Source of the DNA: Candidatus Wirthbacteria bacterium
GTDB taxonomy: Bacteria; Patescibacteriota; CG2-30-54-11
NCBI GenBank assembly: GCA_903889905.1
Contig: CAISZI010000001.1
Span: 1-46,231 of the forward strand
DNA length: 46,231 bases
Direction of reading: 5' to 3'
A program made the translations under genes and the position numbers. Positions 1-9,911 of the stretch are shown here, piece by piece. Below the pieces are notes generated by a model, which saw only the letters and a list, made by a program, of their open reading frames with translations, searched no databases and was not told where the DNA came from. Position 1 is the stretch's first letter. Each line of letters starts with the position of its first letter.

Positions 1-2
1 AA

Positions 3-2258
3 ATGCGCCAGCAATATGTAATTACAGCAGGAACAGATGCCAGAATTGTCACAGAAGGTGACGAACAACTAAAAAAAGAAATGGAAACAGCGAAAGCCGA
101 ACTGGCAGCGGCTCAAAAAATAGTTGATGACCTCGAAAATGCCCGTGTTGACTTAGCCGAAAGATTTGGAACAAAAGTAGGAAAAAGGCTGGAACGGTAC
201 GTGTCACCTGAAGACAAGACCAAATCTACCCAGGCTGCTGCTGCTGCGCCAGGAAAAAACGGACTGACTGGGGCCTCCAAGGTGTGGGGTGATCAAGCCA
301 TCCAATTTGGCAGTGAATACTTCACAGACGATAATAACGTTGAAGACTTTGTGGAGGGATATATCGCCATGTGCAAAGCTCAACCCTTCCTGACAAACCA
401 TCACGTCTTTGACCCCAAAAGACTACGAGAAAACGCTGAACAAATTTTTCTGCGTAACCGATTGGCGTGGCAAAAAGCTGGAATGACAACTGAGGACATT
501 GAAGCCTATTTGGTAAAAGTTGGAGGACAGCGAGTCTCCGAAACTGGTGAAGTTGTCGGCGAAAAACAAGACAATGGCAAATATAGAGGTAAAAGAACAG
601 GAAGGGAATTTGACGAAAAACAAACCAGCACCGCCTACGAATCCGCACGTCGAATTTCTACGACCGGTGGCTCGGTTCGTTCCATTGACGGACGCGCCTA
701 TGCGACGGACTCAGGCTTTAATGACTTCCACATGGCAGATGGTGCCCGTGAAGACGCACAGGTTTCTAACACAATGAGAGGAAATCTTCAGGAGGGAAAA
801 CTTGGCAGTTCTGACTGGTTGGACGGTGTCAACACAAGAATTGAAGACAGTAGTGGAAATCATTTCAAAGACATCCAATACAATACTGAGATGAGAATGA
901 TGCTCACCATTGCTGGCGCCGGCAACATAAAAGACTCTATAGTCCCAATTTTGTGGGATCAATTTTCAGATCATTATTGGAAAAACAGCACAAGGGGTAA
1001 AGACCAACAAGATAAATTTAAAAATGATCCGCAACAACTAGAAAAAGAAAAAGCAAAAATCAAACTTGAACTTTGGAATGAATTGTTTAGCCACCTTTAT
1101 AATGGTGAGACCAATAACAACGATGACAATTGTTTTACTATGACAAAATGGGCCAATAAGTACAACGATTTTGATAAAGAAGAAGATCGGGCAGCCATTA
1201 TGGATGAAAAAAATGGCGGAAAAGAAAAAGTGGATTTCCTTAAGGTAAAAGGTATGAAAGATAAACACAATATAATGGGTGGGGGAGTAGATGCCGAATA
1301 CGATCCCTACGGCCGCTTACGACCCGGCGCTTGGTTAGCAAAAAGAATGGGAGCGCTAGTAAGCTCGGGTAGCAAAACAGCAACAGACCCAAATGCCAAC
1401 TTTAATATTTTCAAAGCGTTGGATCCAAGATTTGTCACGGATAAAGACGGACAATTCATTGCACCCAGTAACGTTGCAGGCACAAACAACTTTGTTACCG
1501 AACTAAAACAACTGCAACAACTTACAGGTATCGTCGCCACAGTGCCAGTCTCAGGAACTGGCGCAGTAAGCGAAGAAGGTGGATCAAAAGGAACAGCGAC
1601 TGCTCCATCATCAACCAGAACAAGTAGTGGCGGTGGAATGTCCGACGATGCCGCTACCATGCTCGGCGGCAAACTCGATGCCATCAAAAACACACTGGAT
1701 GACAAGCTTAATTTCCCCGTATTGGTCGACGGCTTCAAGAAATCCATGCTGACCCTTTCCAAGGCACAAGAAGATATTGCAAGCGATGAAAGAGTAAGAA
1801 CGATGGCGGCGGACGCAAAACGCACAGTCGAAAACAAAGCCATCCTGCTCGCGACCAACGACATTCCGGCTCAAATGCACCGGGCCACCGGCCAGGTCAG
1901 CGAAAAAGAAGCCAAGGATTTCACCAATCAAACGTTCACCAATCCCGATGCCGCCCAGCTGGTCATTGGTCAAAGCAACAATCCCGGATTCTCTCTGGCT
2001 ATGGTACAAAAAGCACAAGACCAAGATGCAATAAAGAATGCCACAGCAGCCCTCCAGCTCGCCCCCCCTGACCGCCAAGAATACGTAGTGAAACAGGCCA
2101 TGGAGGTTGACGATCCCGCACTGCGTCGGAAATTAGCCAATATGTTTGCCAATATGACCGACATGTTCAACACCCTCAGCTTTGAAACAAGACAAAAAAT
2201 CTCCAATGAAGCCTCCGTCGCCCCACCCGCCCCAAGTTCCGGTGGTCACGGGATGTAA
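3..2258 (+). CDS. Large hypothetical protein at the head of the T4SS-like cluster, possibly 5'-truncated by the window
   Basis: 751-aa ORF starting at base 3; charged/helical with low-complexity Ser/Gly/Thr stretches; ends 42 bp before the PrgI gene on the same strand. No family recognised. Confidence 0.7.
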   Translation: MRQQYVITAGTDARIVTEGDEQLKKEMETAKAELAAAQKIVDDLENARVDLAERFGTKVGKRLERYVSPEDKTKSTQAAAAAPGKNGLTGASKVWGDQAIQFGSEYFTDDNNVEDFVEGYIAMCKAQPFLTNHHVFDPKRLRENAEQIFLRNRLAWQKAGMTTEDIEAYLVKVGGQRVSETGEVVGEKQDNGKYRGKRTGREFDEKQTSTAYESARRISTTGGSVRSIDGRAYATDSGFNDFHMADGAREDAQVSNTMRGNLQEGKLGSSDWLDGVNTRIEDSSGNHFKDIQYNTEMRMMLTIAGAGNIKDSIVPILWDQFSDHYWKNSTRGKDQQDKFKNDPQQLEKEKAKIKLELWNELFSHLYNGETNNNDDNCFTMTKWANKYNDFDKEEDRAAIMDEKNGGKEKVDFLKVKGMKDKHNIMGGGVDAEYDPYGRLRPGAWLAKRMGALVSSGSKTATDPNANFNIFKALDPRFVTDKDGQFIAPSNVAGTNNFVTELKQLQQLTGIVATVPVSGTGAVSEEGGSKGTATAPSSTRTSSGGGMSDDAATMLGGKLDAIKNTLDDKLNFPVLVDGFKKSMLTLSKAQEDIASDERVRTMAADAKRTVENKAILLATNDIPAQMHRATGQVSEKEAKDFTNQTFTNPDAAQLVIGQSNNPGFSLAMVQKAQDQDAIKNATAALQLAPPDRQEYVVKQAMEVDDPALRRKLANMFANMTDMFNTLSFETRQKISNEASVAPPAPSSGGHGM

Positions 2259-2300
2259 CCGTGCTTGCTCCCATGCTCTCTTACCCTCTAGCCCACCCCC

Positions 2301-3233
2301 ATGCCCCAATACAAAATTCCCCAAAAAACCCAGCGTGAAGACAAAATCATTGGCCCCTTAACGGCCAAGCAGCTGCTCTATGCCATTATCACGGTGGTGG
2401 GGGCGTTTATCGCGTTCATGTCGTTAGACCAGAACCCTTTTTTTACCCTGGACGTGATCGACAAGGTGGTTCTGCTCCTGCCCGTTGTGGTGCTTGGGTT
2501 GCTCTTTACCTTTATGGAAGTCAACGAACGGCCGTTTGAGATTTACTTTTTTGCCTTTCTGCACTTTCTGACGGTACCCAAGGTGCGCATCTGGGACAAG
2601 GAAATCATTCTCGGCCTGGACCGTGTGGCGGAAAGTGACAAGGTTAACAGTGACAAAAAGGCCGAGCCCGCGGTGGAAAACAACGTTAGCCGCGCCGATA
2701 TCCGCAAGCTCTCGGAAATGATCGACAAACCCCAGAAAGCCGAGCCGATGGGTAACGGCCCGACCAGCAAAACACTGGAACTGCTCAATGCCGTCGGCAA
2801 AGGCGACCAGGGGAATGACTCCATGCAGGTGATTGCCAAAAAGGAAACGGATTTCATGTCCAAAGCCAGCTCCATCCTGACCTTCGTCCCCAACCTGTTT
2901 CTGGGTGGCAAAGGCAAAAAAAACAAACAAACGTCCAGGCCAGACGAGCGCGGAGTCAAAGCCCAAAACACGGACGAGAGCCCACGTCCGCCCATTACCA
3001 CGACCGCAGCCAGCCAGTCGGCCAATGACGACGCCAAAGCCAAGCTGCAGCAACTGCTCCGCACCAGCGCCCCCGCCGGCAGCCAGCCCCAACCAATGAG
3101 CCCCCCGCCCCCCAAACCACCCGCCAGTGCCGCCGAAGCGGCTGCTGCCCAATCCGAACTTGATAAAGTACTCGGTCCCGAGATAAACTTAAGCGATTTC
3201 ACCAACAAAGCCCCCAAGGATGGAACGAAATGA
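2301..3233 (+). CDS. PrgI-family (VirB3-like) membrane protein with a long Pro-rich C-terminal tail
   Basis: N-terminal QYKIPQ..QREDKIIGPLTAKQLLY, two hydrophobic segments, then NERPFE...PKVRIW, the pattern of PrgI proteins; lies upstream of a VirB4-like gene. Confidence 0.85.
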   Translation: MPQYKIPQKTQREDKIIGPLTAKQLLYAIITVVGAFIAFMSLDQNPFFTLDVIDKVVLLLPVVVLGLLFTFMEVNERPFEIYFFAFLHFLTVPKVRIWDKEIILGLDRVAESDKVNSDKKAEPAVENNVSRADIRKLSEMIDKPQKAEPMGNGPTSKTLELLNAVGKGDQGNDSMQVIAKKETDFMSKASSILTFVPNLFLGGKGKKNKQTSRPDERGVKAQNTDESPRPPITTTAASQSANDDAKAKLQQLLRTSAPAGSQPQPMSPPPPKPPASAAEAAAAQSELDKVLGPEINLSDFTNKAPKDGTK

Positions 3234-3967
3234 ACCCGAGCGCCACCATGCCCATCAAAGCCAAAAAAGCCTCGACCCAGTCCCACCTGGATATTGAACG
3301 TATCCGCGATGGCATCATCAAACTCAAGGGTGGTGGCTATCGCATAATCCTGCGCACCACCAATGTCAACTTTTCGCTCAAGTCCGAGATGGAACAGAAT
3401 GCGATGATCTATGCCTACCGCAACTTCCTCAACGCGTTGCAGTATCCGGTACAAATCCTGATCCGGACGCGGGCCCTCAATATCGACCACTACATCGAGA
3501 AATTGAAAAAGTATGAAGAAGCCCAGACCAACGAACTGCTCAAGTTGCAGACTGGCGAATACATTGATTACATCAAACGGCTGATTGAGGTCGCCAACAT
3601 CCTCGACCGGCAGTTTTATGTCATCATTCCCTACAGCTCCACAGCCGGCGACGAAGTCAAGGTGATGGCCGGGCTGTTTGGCAAAAAAAAGGGCGGGGAC
3701 GACGGCTCCTTCGAGGGCGCCAAGATGCAGCTGATGCAACGCGCTGACGCGCTCATGAGCCATCTCAGCACCGTGGGCGTCAAAGCCAACATCCTCACTA
3801 CCCAGGAAGTGATCGAGCTCTTCTATGATATTTACAACCCCGGCGTGGCGCAGCTTGAAAAGCTGGAGATCGATCCCAAAGAGCTGACCACCTACGCCAC
3901 CACGTTCAAGACCAAGCAGGAACTTGAAGACCTGCAAAAGAAAAAAAAGGAAACCGGCACCACTTAA
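3230..3967 (+). CDS. TraC-like / VirB4-associated T4SS protein
   Basis: STQSHLDIERIRDGIIKLK..GYRIIL...VNFSLKSE.EQNA...RQFYVIIPY resembles the conserved protein found between prgI and virB4 in CPR genomes; ATGA overlap with PrgI. Confidence 0.75.
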   Translation: MNPSATMPIKAKKASTQSHLDIERIRDGIIKLKGGGYRIILRTTNVNFSLKSEMEQNAMIYAYRNFLNALQYPVQILIRTRALNIDHYIEKLKKYEEAQTNELLKLQTGEYIDYIKRLIEVANILDRQFYVIIPYSSTAGDEVKVMAGLFGKKKGGDDGSFEGAKMQLMQRADALMSHLSTVGVKANILTTQEVIELFYDIYNPGVAQLEKLEIDPKELTTYATTFKTKQELEDLQKKKKETGTT

Positions 3968-3983
3968 CCAGATTTAGAGCACC

Positions 3984-5792
3984 ATGGCCAAAACCACCAA
4001 ACAAAACAAAGCCGAACAGGAAGCCCAGAAGCGCGCCCAGCAAATGGAACGGGTTATGCAGCAAGGCATGAGCACGATCAAGGACATTATCTCGCCGTCT
4101 GTAATTGAGCTCACCCCGAATTATTTCAAAATCGGCGACCGCTTTACCCGCACCATGTTTGTTTCGGGCTACCCGCGTTATGTCAGCACCAACTGGCTCT
4201 CGCCGCTGATTAATTTCAATGCCGACATCGCCATTTCGTTGTTCCAGTACCCAATCGATTCCAAGGCTGTCATGGACGACCTCAAGCGCCGCATTGGCCA
4301 AATGGAAGCGACCTGGAACATCAACCAGGAAAAGGGGCTGGTCAAAGACCCGGAACTCGAAACGCAGCTACAGGACGCCAACACCTTGCGCGATGCGATC
4401 CAGCGTGGCGAGGAAAAATTCTTCCAGTTTGGCCTTTACCTGACGCTGAGCTCGCCCACCCTGGAAGAACTGAACAACCTGTGCCAAAAAGTCGAATCGC
4501 TGCTGGGGGGCATGCTGATCTACACCAAAACCACCAGCTTGCAAATGGAAGAAGGTTTCCGCACCACCATTCCGCTCTGCAATGACCACGTCCAGGTTGT
4601 CCGTAACATGGACACCTCGGCGCTCAGCTCGACATTTCCGTTCACCTCGTCCGACCTCACCACCAACGAAGGCATCCTCTACGGCCTCAACCGCCACAAC
4701 AATTCGCTGGTGATCTTTGACCGGTTCAAACTGGAAAACGCCAACTCGGTGATCTTCGCCAAATCCGGTGCCGGTAAAAGTTACACCGTCAAACTCGAAG
4801 CCTTGCGCTATCTGATGATTGGTACAGAAATCATCATCGTTGACCCGGAACGGGAATATAAAGCGCTCTGTGACGCCGTGGGTGGCACTTACATCAACAT
4901 TTCGCTCAACTCTCAGACACACATCAACCCGTTTGATATGCCCAAAGTGCAAACCACCGACCCGGAAATTGGCGACGAACTGCGGGGCAAAATCATCTCC
5001 ATGCTCGGTCTCTTTGCCATCCTGCTCGGCGAACTCACCAACAAGGAAGAATCGTTACTGGACCGCGCCCTGCTCGAAGTTTACCGGCAAAAAGGAATTG
5101 TCTCGGATCCGTCCACCTACAACAATCCGCCGCCGCTTATGGGCGACCTGTTTGAGCTGCTCAAAACCATGCCTGGCGCCGAAACCGTGGTAGAAAAAAT
5201 GGAAAAGTACGTGCGCGGCTCGCTTTCCGGCATGTTCAATATGTCCACCAATGTCGCGCTCGACACTCCCTTTATCGTTTTTGACATTCGCGACCTCGAA
5301 GACGTGCTGCGCCCCATGGCCATGTTTACCATCCTCGAATTCATCTGGAACAAGATCCGCACCTCGCACAAGCGTCGTCTGCTGCTGGTCGATGAAGCCT
5401 GGATCATGATGCAGCACGAAGACAGCGCCCGCTTCCTGTTTGGTATGGCCAAACGTGCCCGCAAATACTGGCTGGGACTTACCACCATCACCCAGGACGT
5501 CGACGACTTTCTGGAGTCCAGCTACGGCAAGGCGATCGTCTCCAACTCCTCCATGCAGATTTTGCTCAAACAATCGACCAGCGCGATCGAAAAAATCGCC
5601 AAAATTTTTAACCTCACTGAAGGCGAGAAGTATCTGCTGCTGGAATGTGATGTGGGTGAAGGGTTATTCTTTGCTGGCCAGAACCACGTCGCCATCCGCA
5701 TCATCGCCTCCTACATCGAAGACCAGATCATCACCACGGATCCGGAAAAAGTCACCAAAAAAGACCAGGAAGCGTCGGAAGCAGAAGTTTAA
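3984..5792 (+). CDS. virB4: VirB4/TraE-like conjugative-type ATPase
   Basis: Walker A AKSGAGKS, IIVDPEREY, INPFD, Walker B LLLVDEAW, RARKY..GLTTITQDV, GEGLFFAG. Confidence 0.92.
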   Translation: MAKTTKQNKAEQEAQKRAQQMERVMQQGMSTIKDIISPSVIELTPNYFKIGDRFTRTMFVSGYPRYVSTNWLSPLINFNADIAISLFQYPIDSKAVMDDLKRRIGQMEATWNINQEKGLVKDPELETQLQDANTLRDAIQRGEEKFFQFGLYLTLSSPTLEELNNLCQKVESLLGGMLIYTKTTSLQMEEGFRTTIPLCNDHVQVVRNMDTSALSSTFPFTSSDLTTNEGILYGLNRHNNSLVIFDRFKLENANSVIFAKSGAGKSYTVKLEALRYLMIGTEIIIVDPEREYKALCDAVGGTYINISLNSQTHINPFDMPKVQTTDPEIGDELRGKIISMLGLFAILLGELTNKEESLLDRALLEVYRQKGIVSDPSTYNNPPPLMGDLFELLKTMPGAETVVEKMEKYVRGSLSGMFNMSTNVALDTPFIVFDIRDLEDVLRPMAMFTILEFIWNKIRTSHKRRLLLVDEAWIMMQHEDSARFLFGMAKRARKYWLGLTTITQDVDDFLESSYGKAIVSNSSMQILLKQSTSAIEKIAKIFNLTEGEKYLLLECDVGEGLFFAGQNHVAIRIIASYIEDQIITTDPEKVTKKDQEASEAEV

Positions 5793-5812
5793 TTTTTTTT
5801 GACAAGTCTGTT

Positions 5813-8800
5813 ATGCCAGAAATCGCCTCCCCCATGCCCAAGAAAAGTCCCAACTGGATCAAACGCATTGTGGCTGTTTTGCTCCCAATGTATCTGGCAA
5901 CGTCCTGCGGACTGTCGACCCTGTGGTCCGTGATGGACAACCCGCTCATGCACTTCATCAACCAGCACGGCATGATTATGCGTTATAAAAACCCCATGGA
6001 TGCGGTTTTTTCCAAGGGCATTGCCGCGCTGCCGGCATATCTGAAATCCAAATTCAATCCCGGCTCGCTGGGCAATGAAATAAACAAAGAATTCGCCGAT
6101 CAAAAAGTGACCGTGGACACTGAATCGGGCCAGTGGATGAAAAAAACCACGGAAAATGGGGTCGAAAAACTGGTCGCCATCAGCGATGAAGACGCCATCA
6201 AAGCACTCAATAAATCCGGTTTCATGGATTCCCTGCTCAACAAAACCGCCACCTACAGCATGGCCAATGACTTGGGGCAGGACATGGGCGCGCTCAAGGC
6301 CAAAGTCGAGGAAAAGAAAGCTGCCGAAGAAGCCAAACTGAACGACATGAAAAACAAGATGACGGAAACCCAGACCAAAATCGAAGAAATCGACACGAAA
6401 CTTAAAACCAGCACAGATGCCACAGCCATTGAAGAACTCAATAAACAAAAAGCCGCTCTCATTGCCGACCTGGAGAAACAACCCGAGCTGGTCGCCGCCA
6501 AAGAACAGATGGTCAAAGACCTGGGCCGCGCGATCGAAATGATTCCAGCCGATGCCAAAGCCGACCTGATGAAGGCCATCAAAAACAACCTCAAAGGCCC
6601 AGAACTGGCCAAACATATCAAAAGTTCAATTGTCAGTCTGCAATCAGTGCAGGCCATTGTCCAGGCAGGGGGAGACGCCACCATCTCCCTGATTTCCGCC
6701 CAAATGGCCGACAATCCCGGCGCCCTCCTCAATAGTGACGGCACGGGGTTCGCAAACGCCGACAAAATCGCCTCCTCTTTGATTGGGGAATTAATCAAAC
6801 ATCCCGAGATTGCCATCAAAGCGGTGGGGGAAGTGGTTGGCTCGATTGCCATCAACACCGTAGCCAGTGTAGTGATGAGCACGTTGAGCACATTCCTGCT
6901 GCAAGCGGTTTCCCGGCACGTCTTACTGACTGAAGTGGGCGTAGTTGGCGCCCCCGTAACGGAAGTTTTATTTAATGCGGTTGGTGTGGCGATTGACGTC
7001 GCCATGCTGGTCAAGGCGGCCATCGATATCCAGGACGCGTACAAAAAAGCCATGACCATTGCCATGCTAGCGCAGTGGTTCATGACCGTGCAGCGCTATA
7101 TGGCTGGGGATTTGTCAAACCCCGAAATGTCGACTGCCTTAAAAGTGTTCAACAAAGGTACCCCAACCAAATCCAAAGCTTACCAGGCAGGTGCCCCCAC
7201 CAATTACGATAAAGTTCCGGACCAACCCGTAGAAGTGGCAGATGCTTCCCTGTTTTTTCCCTCTTCGGTTGGGGACTTCTCGTTGTTTGGCACCGCCTAT
7301 GCGGCCACCGACCCCGCCTTACCCAACAGCCAGGATTTCCTGGACACGTTTTATCACTCCATTGATTCTTATATCACCAAGCCCAAACTCAAGGAATGCG
7401 AAGCAGACCAGTACTCCTGCGCCGCAGACGTCGTGAATGCCATCCAAAACAATGGTGATTTTGCCGCTGGTGTAACAAATGGTGTTGCCGCAGCGGGCAA
7501 TACGAAAGCCTCATGTGGTGCCCCCACCATGGTCGCAACGCCACAATTAACTACCGTCAAATCCGCCCTCTTCACTGCTGCCGGCCAAGCCAATAATGTT
7601 TCCCCGGCTGTTCTTGCGGCTCTGGCGACTGAAGAAAATGGTGGCGCCATCCCAACCAAAACCGAGGGTTATGACCGCAGCGTCTGCGGCGCTGTCGGGT
7701 TAATGCAAATCACCTTTGTCAAAATGATCGATCGAAGCCAATTGGGTGTGGTCGGCCCCCCGATCGTGCCCAATGAATCCTTTCCTGATTGTATTTACCA
7801 GGGAAAACAGGTTACCCCTGCCGACTGGTGGCACAGTAAAAAAGCCACGGTATTTTCACAAATAGCGGCAGCGCCCGATACGGTGATTGCGGCAGCAGAC
7901 AAGGCGGCCCTGATTCCGATCATTGATCAGATCAGAGGAGAGAACAATGAGGGATTGGAAATGCAGATAGCAGATAAAGATATTTTCAATATTTATAGTG
8001 CTGCGGTTGGTGTTAGTGGTCTTAAATCAGCCTATGGTATTACCAAATCCTGGGATCAAACCTGGTCAGAGAGTGAAATTCGCTCCATCGCCGGCAGTTA
8101 CTTTGGCGACCCCAATTCCAGTTATGCAACGATGGTATGGCAATTTTATCAGGCTTATGAAAACGCTCCCTCCAAAGGAACCGCCGTCGCCATCACGCCA
8201 ACCCAAACAATGCCTCTCGCCATCAACGCTAGAGCGACAGGCACACTCTTCCCGACAGCCTATGCGGCTACCACCAATACCGCACTCCCCAGCTCTGGCA
8301 CTATTTGTTCTGCGCTTGTCTCCGCAACTGGGAATAGTATCGTTGACACAGCCGGCTCGCTTAGTTCCACGGGGTACTATCCTGCAAGCCACAACCTCGC
8401 AACCCACCTAAACCCAGGCGAGACTGCAAAGAGTCCGACCAAACCGGATGCGGATTTGTGCGTTTTCTTGCCGACTTTTAGCCAGACAGAATGTATCACG
8501 CAAGGATGGTGTATTGAATTTGCAGAAAAAGTACTGCAGAGCGCTACCGGATCCATGGTTGCCGCTTATTACGCCCCCACGCCGACAAGTGGTTCGTTCT
8601 CTTTTATTCCCTTTACCCCGGGTGGCCCCAATCTTCAACCTGGCGATGCGATCGTTTGGACCAATGGTGCGCCGGTGATAGACAAGGGGATATATACCAA
8701 TGGAGCCCATGGGGCAATTATTCTCGAAACCGCTCAAGACCAAAGCGGAACGTTTGTAATCAAAACAGCGGACGGGAACTGGGGAGACCAAACGACACAG

Positions 8801-8911
8801 CTTGCTTTACAGGTAAGTCGTTCATCCCCGGGCGGTAACCATGGTAGCGGAAGCAAGGGAAACTCCTACTATTTAGCTGGGGTATGGAGGTATAATGGAT
8901 CGTCTCTTTAA
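5813..8911 (+). CDS. Multidomain secreted cell-wall hydrolase: coiled-coil/hydrophobic N-terminal half, SLT-like lytic transglycosylase, C-terminal CHAP-like domain
   Basis: N-terminal hydrophobic segment; VSPAVLAALATEENGG and GAVGLMQI (SLT motifs); GWCIEFAEK, LQPGDAIVW, GAHGAII and DGNW (CHAP Cys/His pattern); directly after virB4. Confidence 0.75.
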   Translation: MPEIASPMPKKSPNWIKRIVAVLLPMYLATSCGLSTLWSVMDNPLMHFINQHGMIMRYKNPMDAVFSKGIAALPAYLKSKFNPGSLGNEINKEFADQKVTVDTESGQWMKKTTENGVEKLVAISDEDAIKALNKSGFMDSLLNKTATYSMANDLGQDMGALKAKVEEKKAAEEAKLNDMKNKMTETQTKIEEIDTKLKTSTDATAIEELNKQKAALIADLEKQPELVAAKEQMVKDLGRAIEMIPADAKADLMKAIKNNLKGPELAKHIKSSIVSLQSVQAIVQAGGDATISLISAQMADNPGALLNSDGTGFANADKIASSLIGELIKHPEIAIKAVGEVVGSIAINTVASVVMSTLSTFLLQAVSRHVLLTEVGVVGAPVTEVLFNAVGVAIDVAMLVKAAIDIQDAYKKAMTIAMLAQWFMTVQRYMAGDLSNPEMSTALKVFNKGTPTKSKAYQAGAPTNYDKVPDQPVEVADASLFFPSSVGDFSLFGTAYAATDPALPNSQDFLDTFYHSIDSYITKPKLKECEADQYSCAADVVNAIQNNGDFAAGVTNGVAAAGNTKASCGAPTMVATPQLTTVKSALFTAAGQANNVSPAVLAALATEENGGAIPTKTEGYDRSVCGAVGLMQITFVKMIDRSQLGVVGPPIVPNESFPDCIYQGKQVTPADWWHSKKATVFSQIAAAPDTVIAAADKAALIPIIDQIRGENNEGLEMQIADKDIFNIYSAAVGVSGLKSAYGITKSWDQTWSESEIRSIAGSYFGDPNSSYATMVWQFYQAYENAPSKGTAVAITPTQTMPLAINARATGTLFPTAYAATTNTALPSSGTICSALVSATGNSIVDTAGSLSSTGYYPASHNLATHLNPGETAKSPTKPDADLCVFLPTFSQTECITQGWCIEFAEKVLQSATGSMVAAYYAPTPTSGSFSFIPFTPGGPNLQPGDAIVWTNGAPVIDKGIYTNGAHGAIILETAQDQSGTFVIKTADGNWGDQTTQLALQVSRSSPGGNHGSGSKGNSYYLAGVWRYNGSSL

Positions 8912-9911
8912 TCGCATCGGCCGTAAGCAGATCATCTGGCTCGGTCTCGCGCTTTTGGTCGTGCTAGGAGGTGTTTGGGGATACAATTTCTTCAAAGTCC
9001 GTCTGGAGCCAGTGAGCATTACTAGCACAACCCCGGCGATGGATGCACTTGAAGTTTCACTTGCTCCAACAATTGTGATTACCTCTGACAAGCCTTTTAA
9101 TATTCTTCCTGGCAGTTTAAGTTTATCCCCTGAAATGGGCCCAATCATATTAGAAAGCGGCCAACAGCAATCCCAGATCCATTTCAATCAAGCGCTCGCT
9201 GTCGACACGCCCTATACACTCACATTTCAGTTTACCAATCGTTATGGTTGGATGAAAAAAACACAATCTCTTACTTTTACCACTCGCAATAAAAACACGA
9301 TCATCTCCATCAAACCAGCCGACTCGTCCGTAATCAACCTTGACGACAACCTGACGCTTGTCTTCCAATATCAAATCCGGCTTTCTGATCTTGATATCGC
9401 TTTGTCGCCAACAATAAAACCAACACTGGCCCTGAGCAATGACACACTCAGCATTTCACCACCGCTTTTATGGGTACCCAATACTGACTACACCTTATCC
9501 ATCAAACCTAGTAGTAGTGCTACTACATTGGAACAATTTGATCCCTTCACTTTCCACTTCAAAACAACCAACGATGCAACTCAAAGTGGTAATTACAATA
9601 AAATCAAAACCTATCAACAAAGTTACCAGAATACCGATGATCCAGCCACGCAGGCACAAATCAAAGGAGATGCTCTCTTCTATCAACAAACCAAACAGGA
9701 TATAGCAAGTACTCCGGAACTTAAGATTTTAAACCAACTACTCACCCCCCTGATTACCCCCGACTTCACCATCAACTACTGGGTAAGTGGAGGTTTCTAT
9801 ACGATCGGTTACTATACTGAGGCTGGCAAGCAAAAGGCGCTGGATTGGTTTGCCGCTCAAGGTTACACACCAAGCAAAATCAATTACATCCCCATGACAC
9901 CACGTCAGTAA
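8895..9911 (+). CDS. Membrane-anchored Ig-like (Big_5-type) domain protein
   Basis: N-terminal TM helix; two beta-rich repeats beginning ITSTTPA and IISIKPAD and ending DTPYTLTF / NTDYTLSI...FHFKT; overlaps the upstream gene by 17 nt. Confidence 0.7.
   Translation: MDRLFNRIGRKQIIWLGLALLVVLGGVWGYNFFKVRLEPVSITSTTPAMDALEVSLAPTIVITSDKPFNILPGSLSLSPEMGPIILESGQQQSQIHFNQALAVDTPYTLTFQFTNRYGWMKKTQSLTFTTRNKNTIISIKPADSSVINLDDNLTLVFQYQIRLSDLDIALSPTIKPTLALSNDTLSISPPLLWVPNTDYTLSIKPSSSATTLEQFDPFTFHFKTTNDATQSGNYNKIKTYQQSYQNTDDPATQAQIKGDALFYQQTKQDIASTPELKILNQLLTPLITPDFTINYWVSGGFYTIGYYTEAGKQKALDWFAAQGYTPSKINYIPMTPRQ

Noticed and set aside
2424-3937. Long minus-strand ORFs (242 and 464 aa) over prgI and the TraC-like gene
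   Set aside because: Antisense shadows of well-supported genes, with no motifs of their own.
5813-5920. Lipoprotein signal (LATSC) in the hydrolase
   Set aside because: Imperfect lipobox (Ala at -3); cannot be distinguished from an ordinary signal or anchor by eye.
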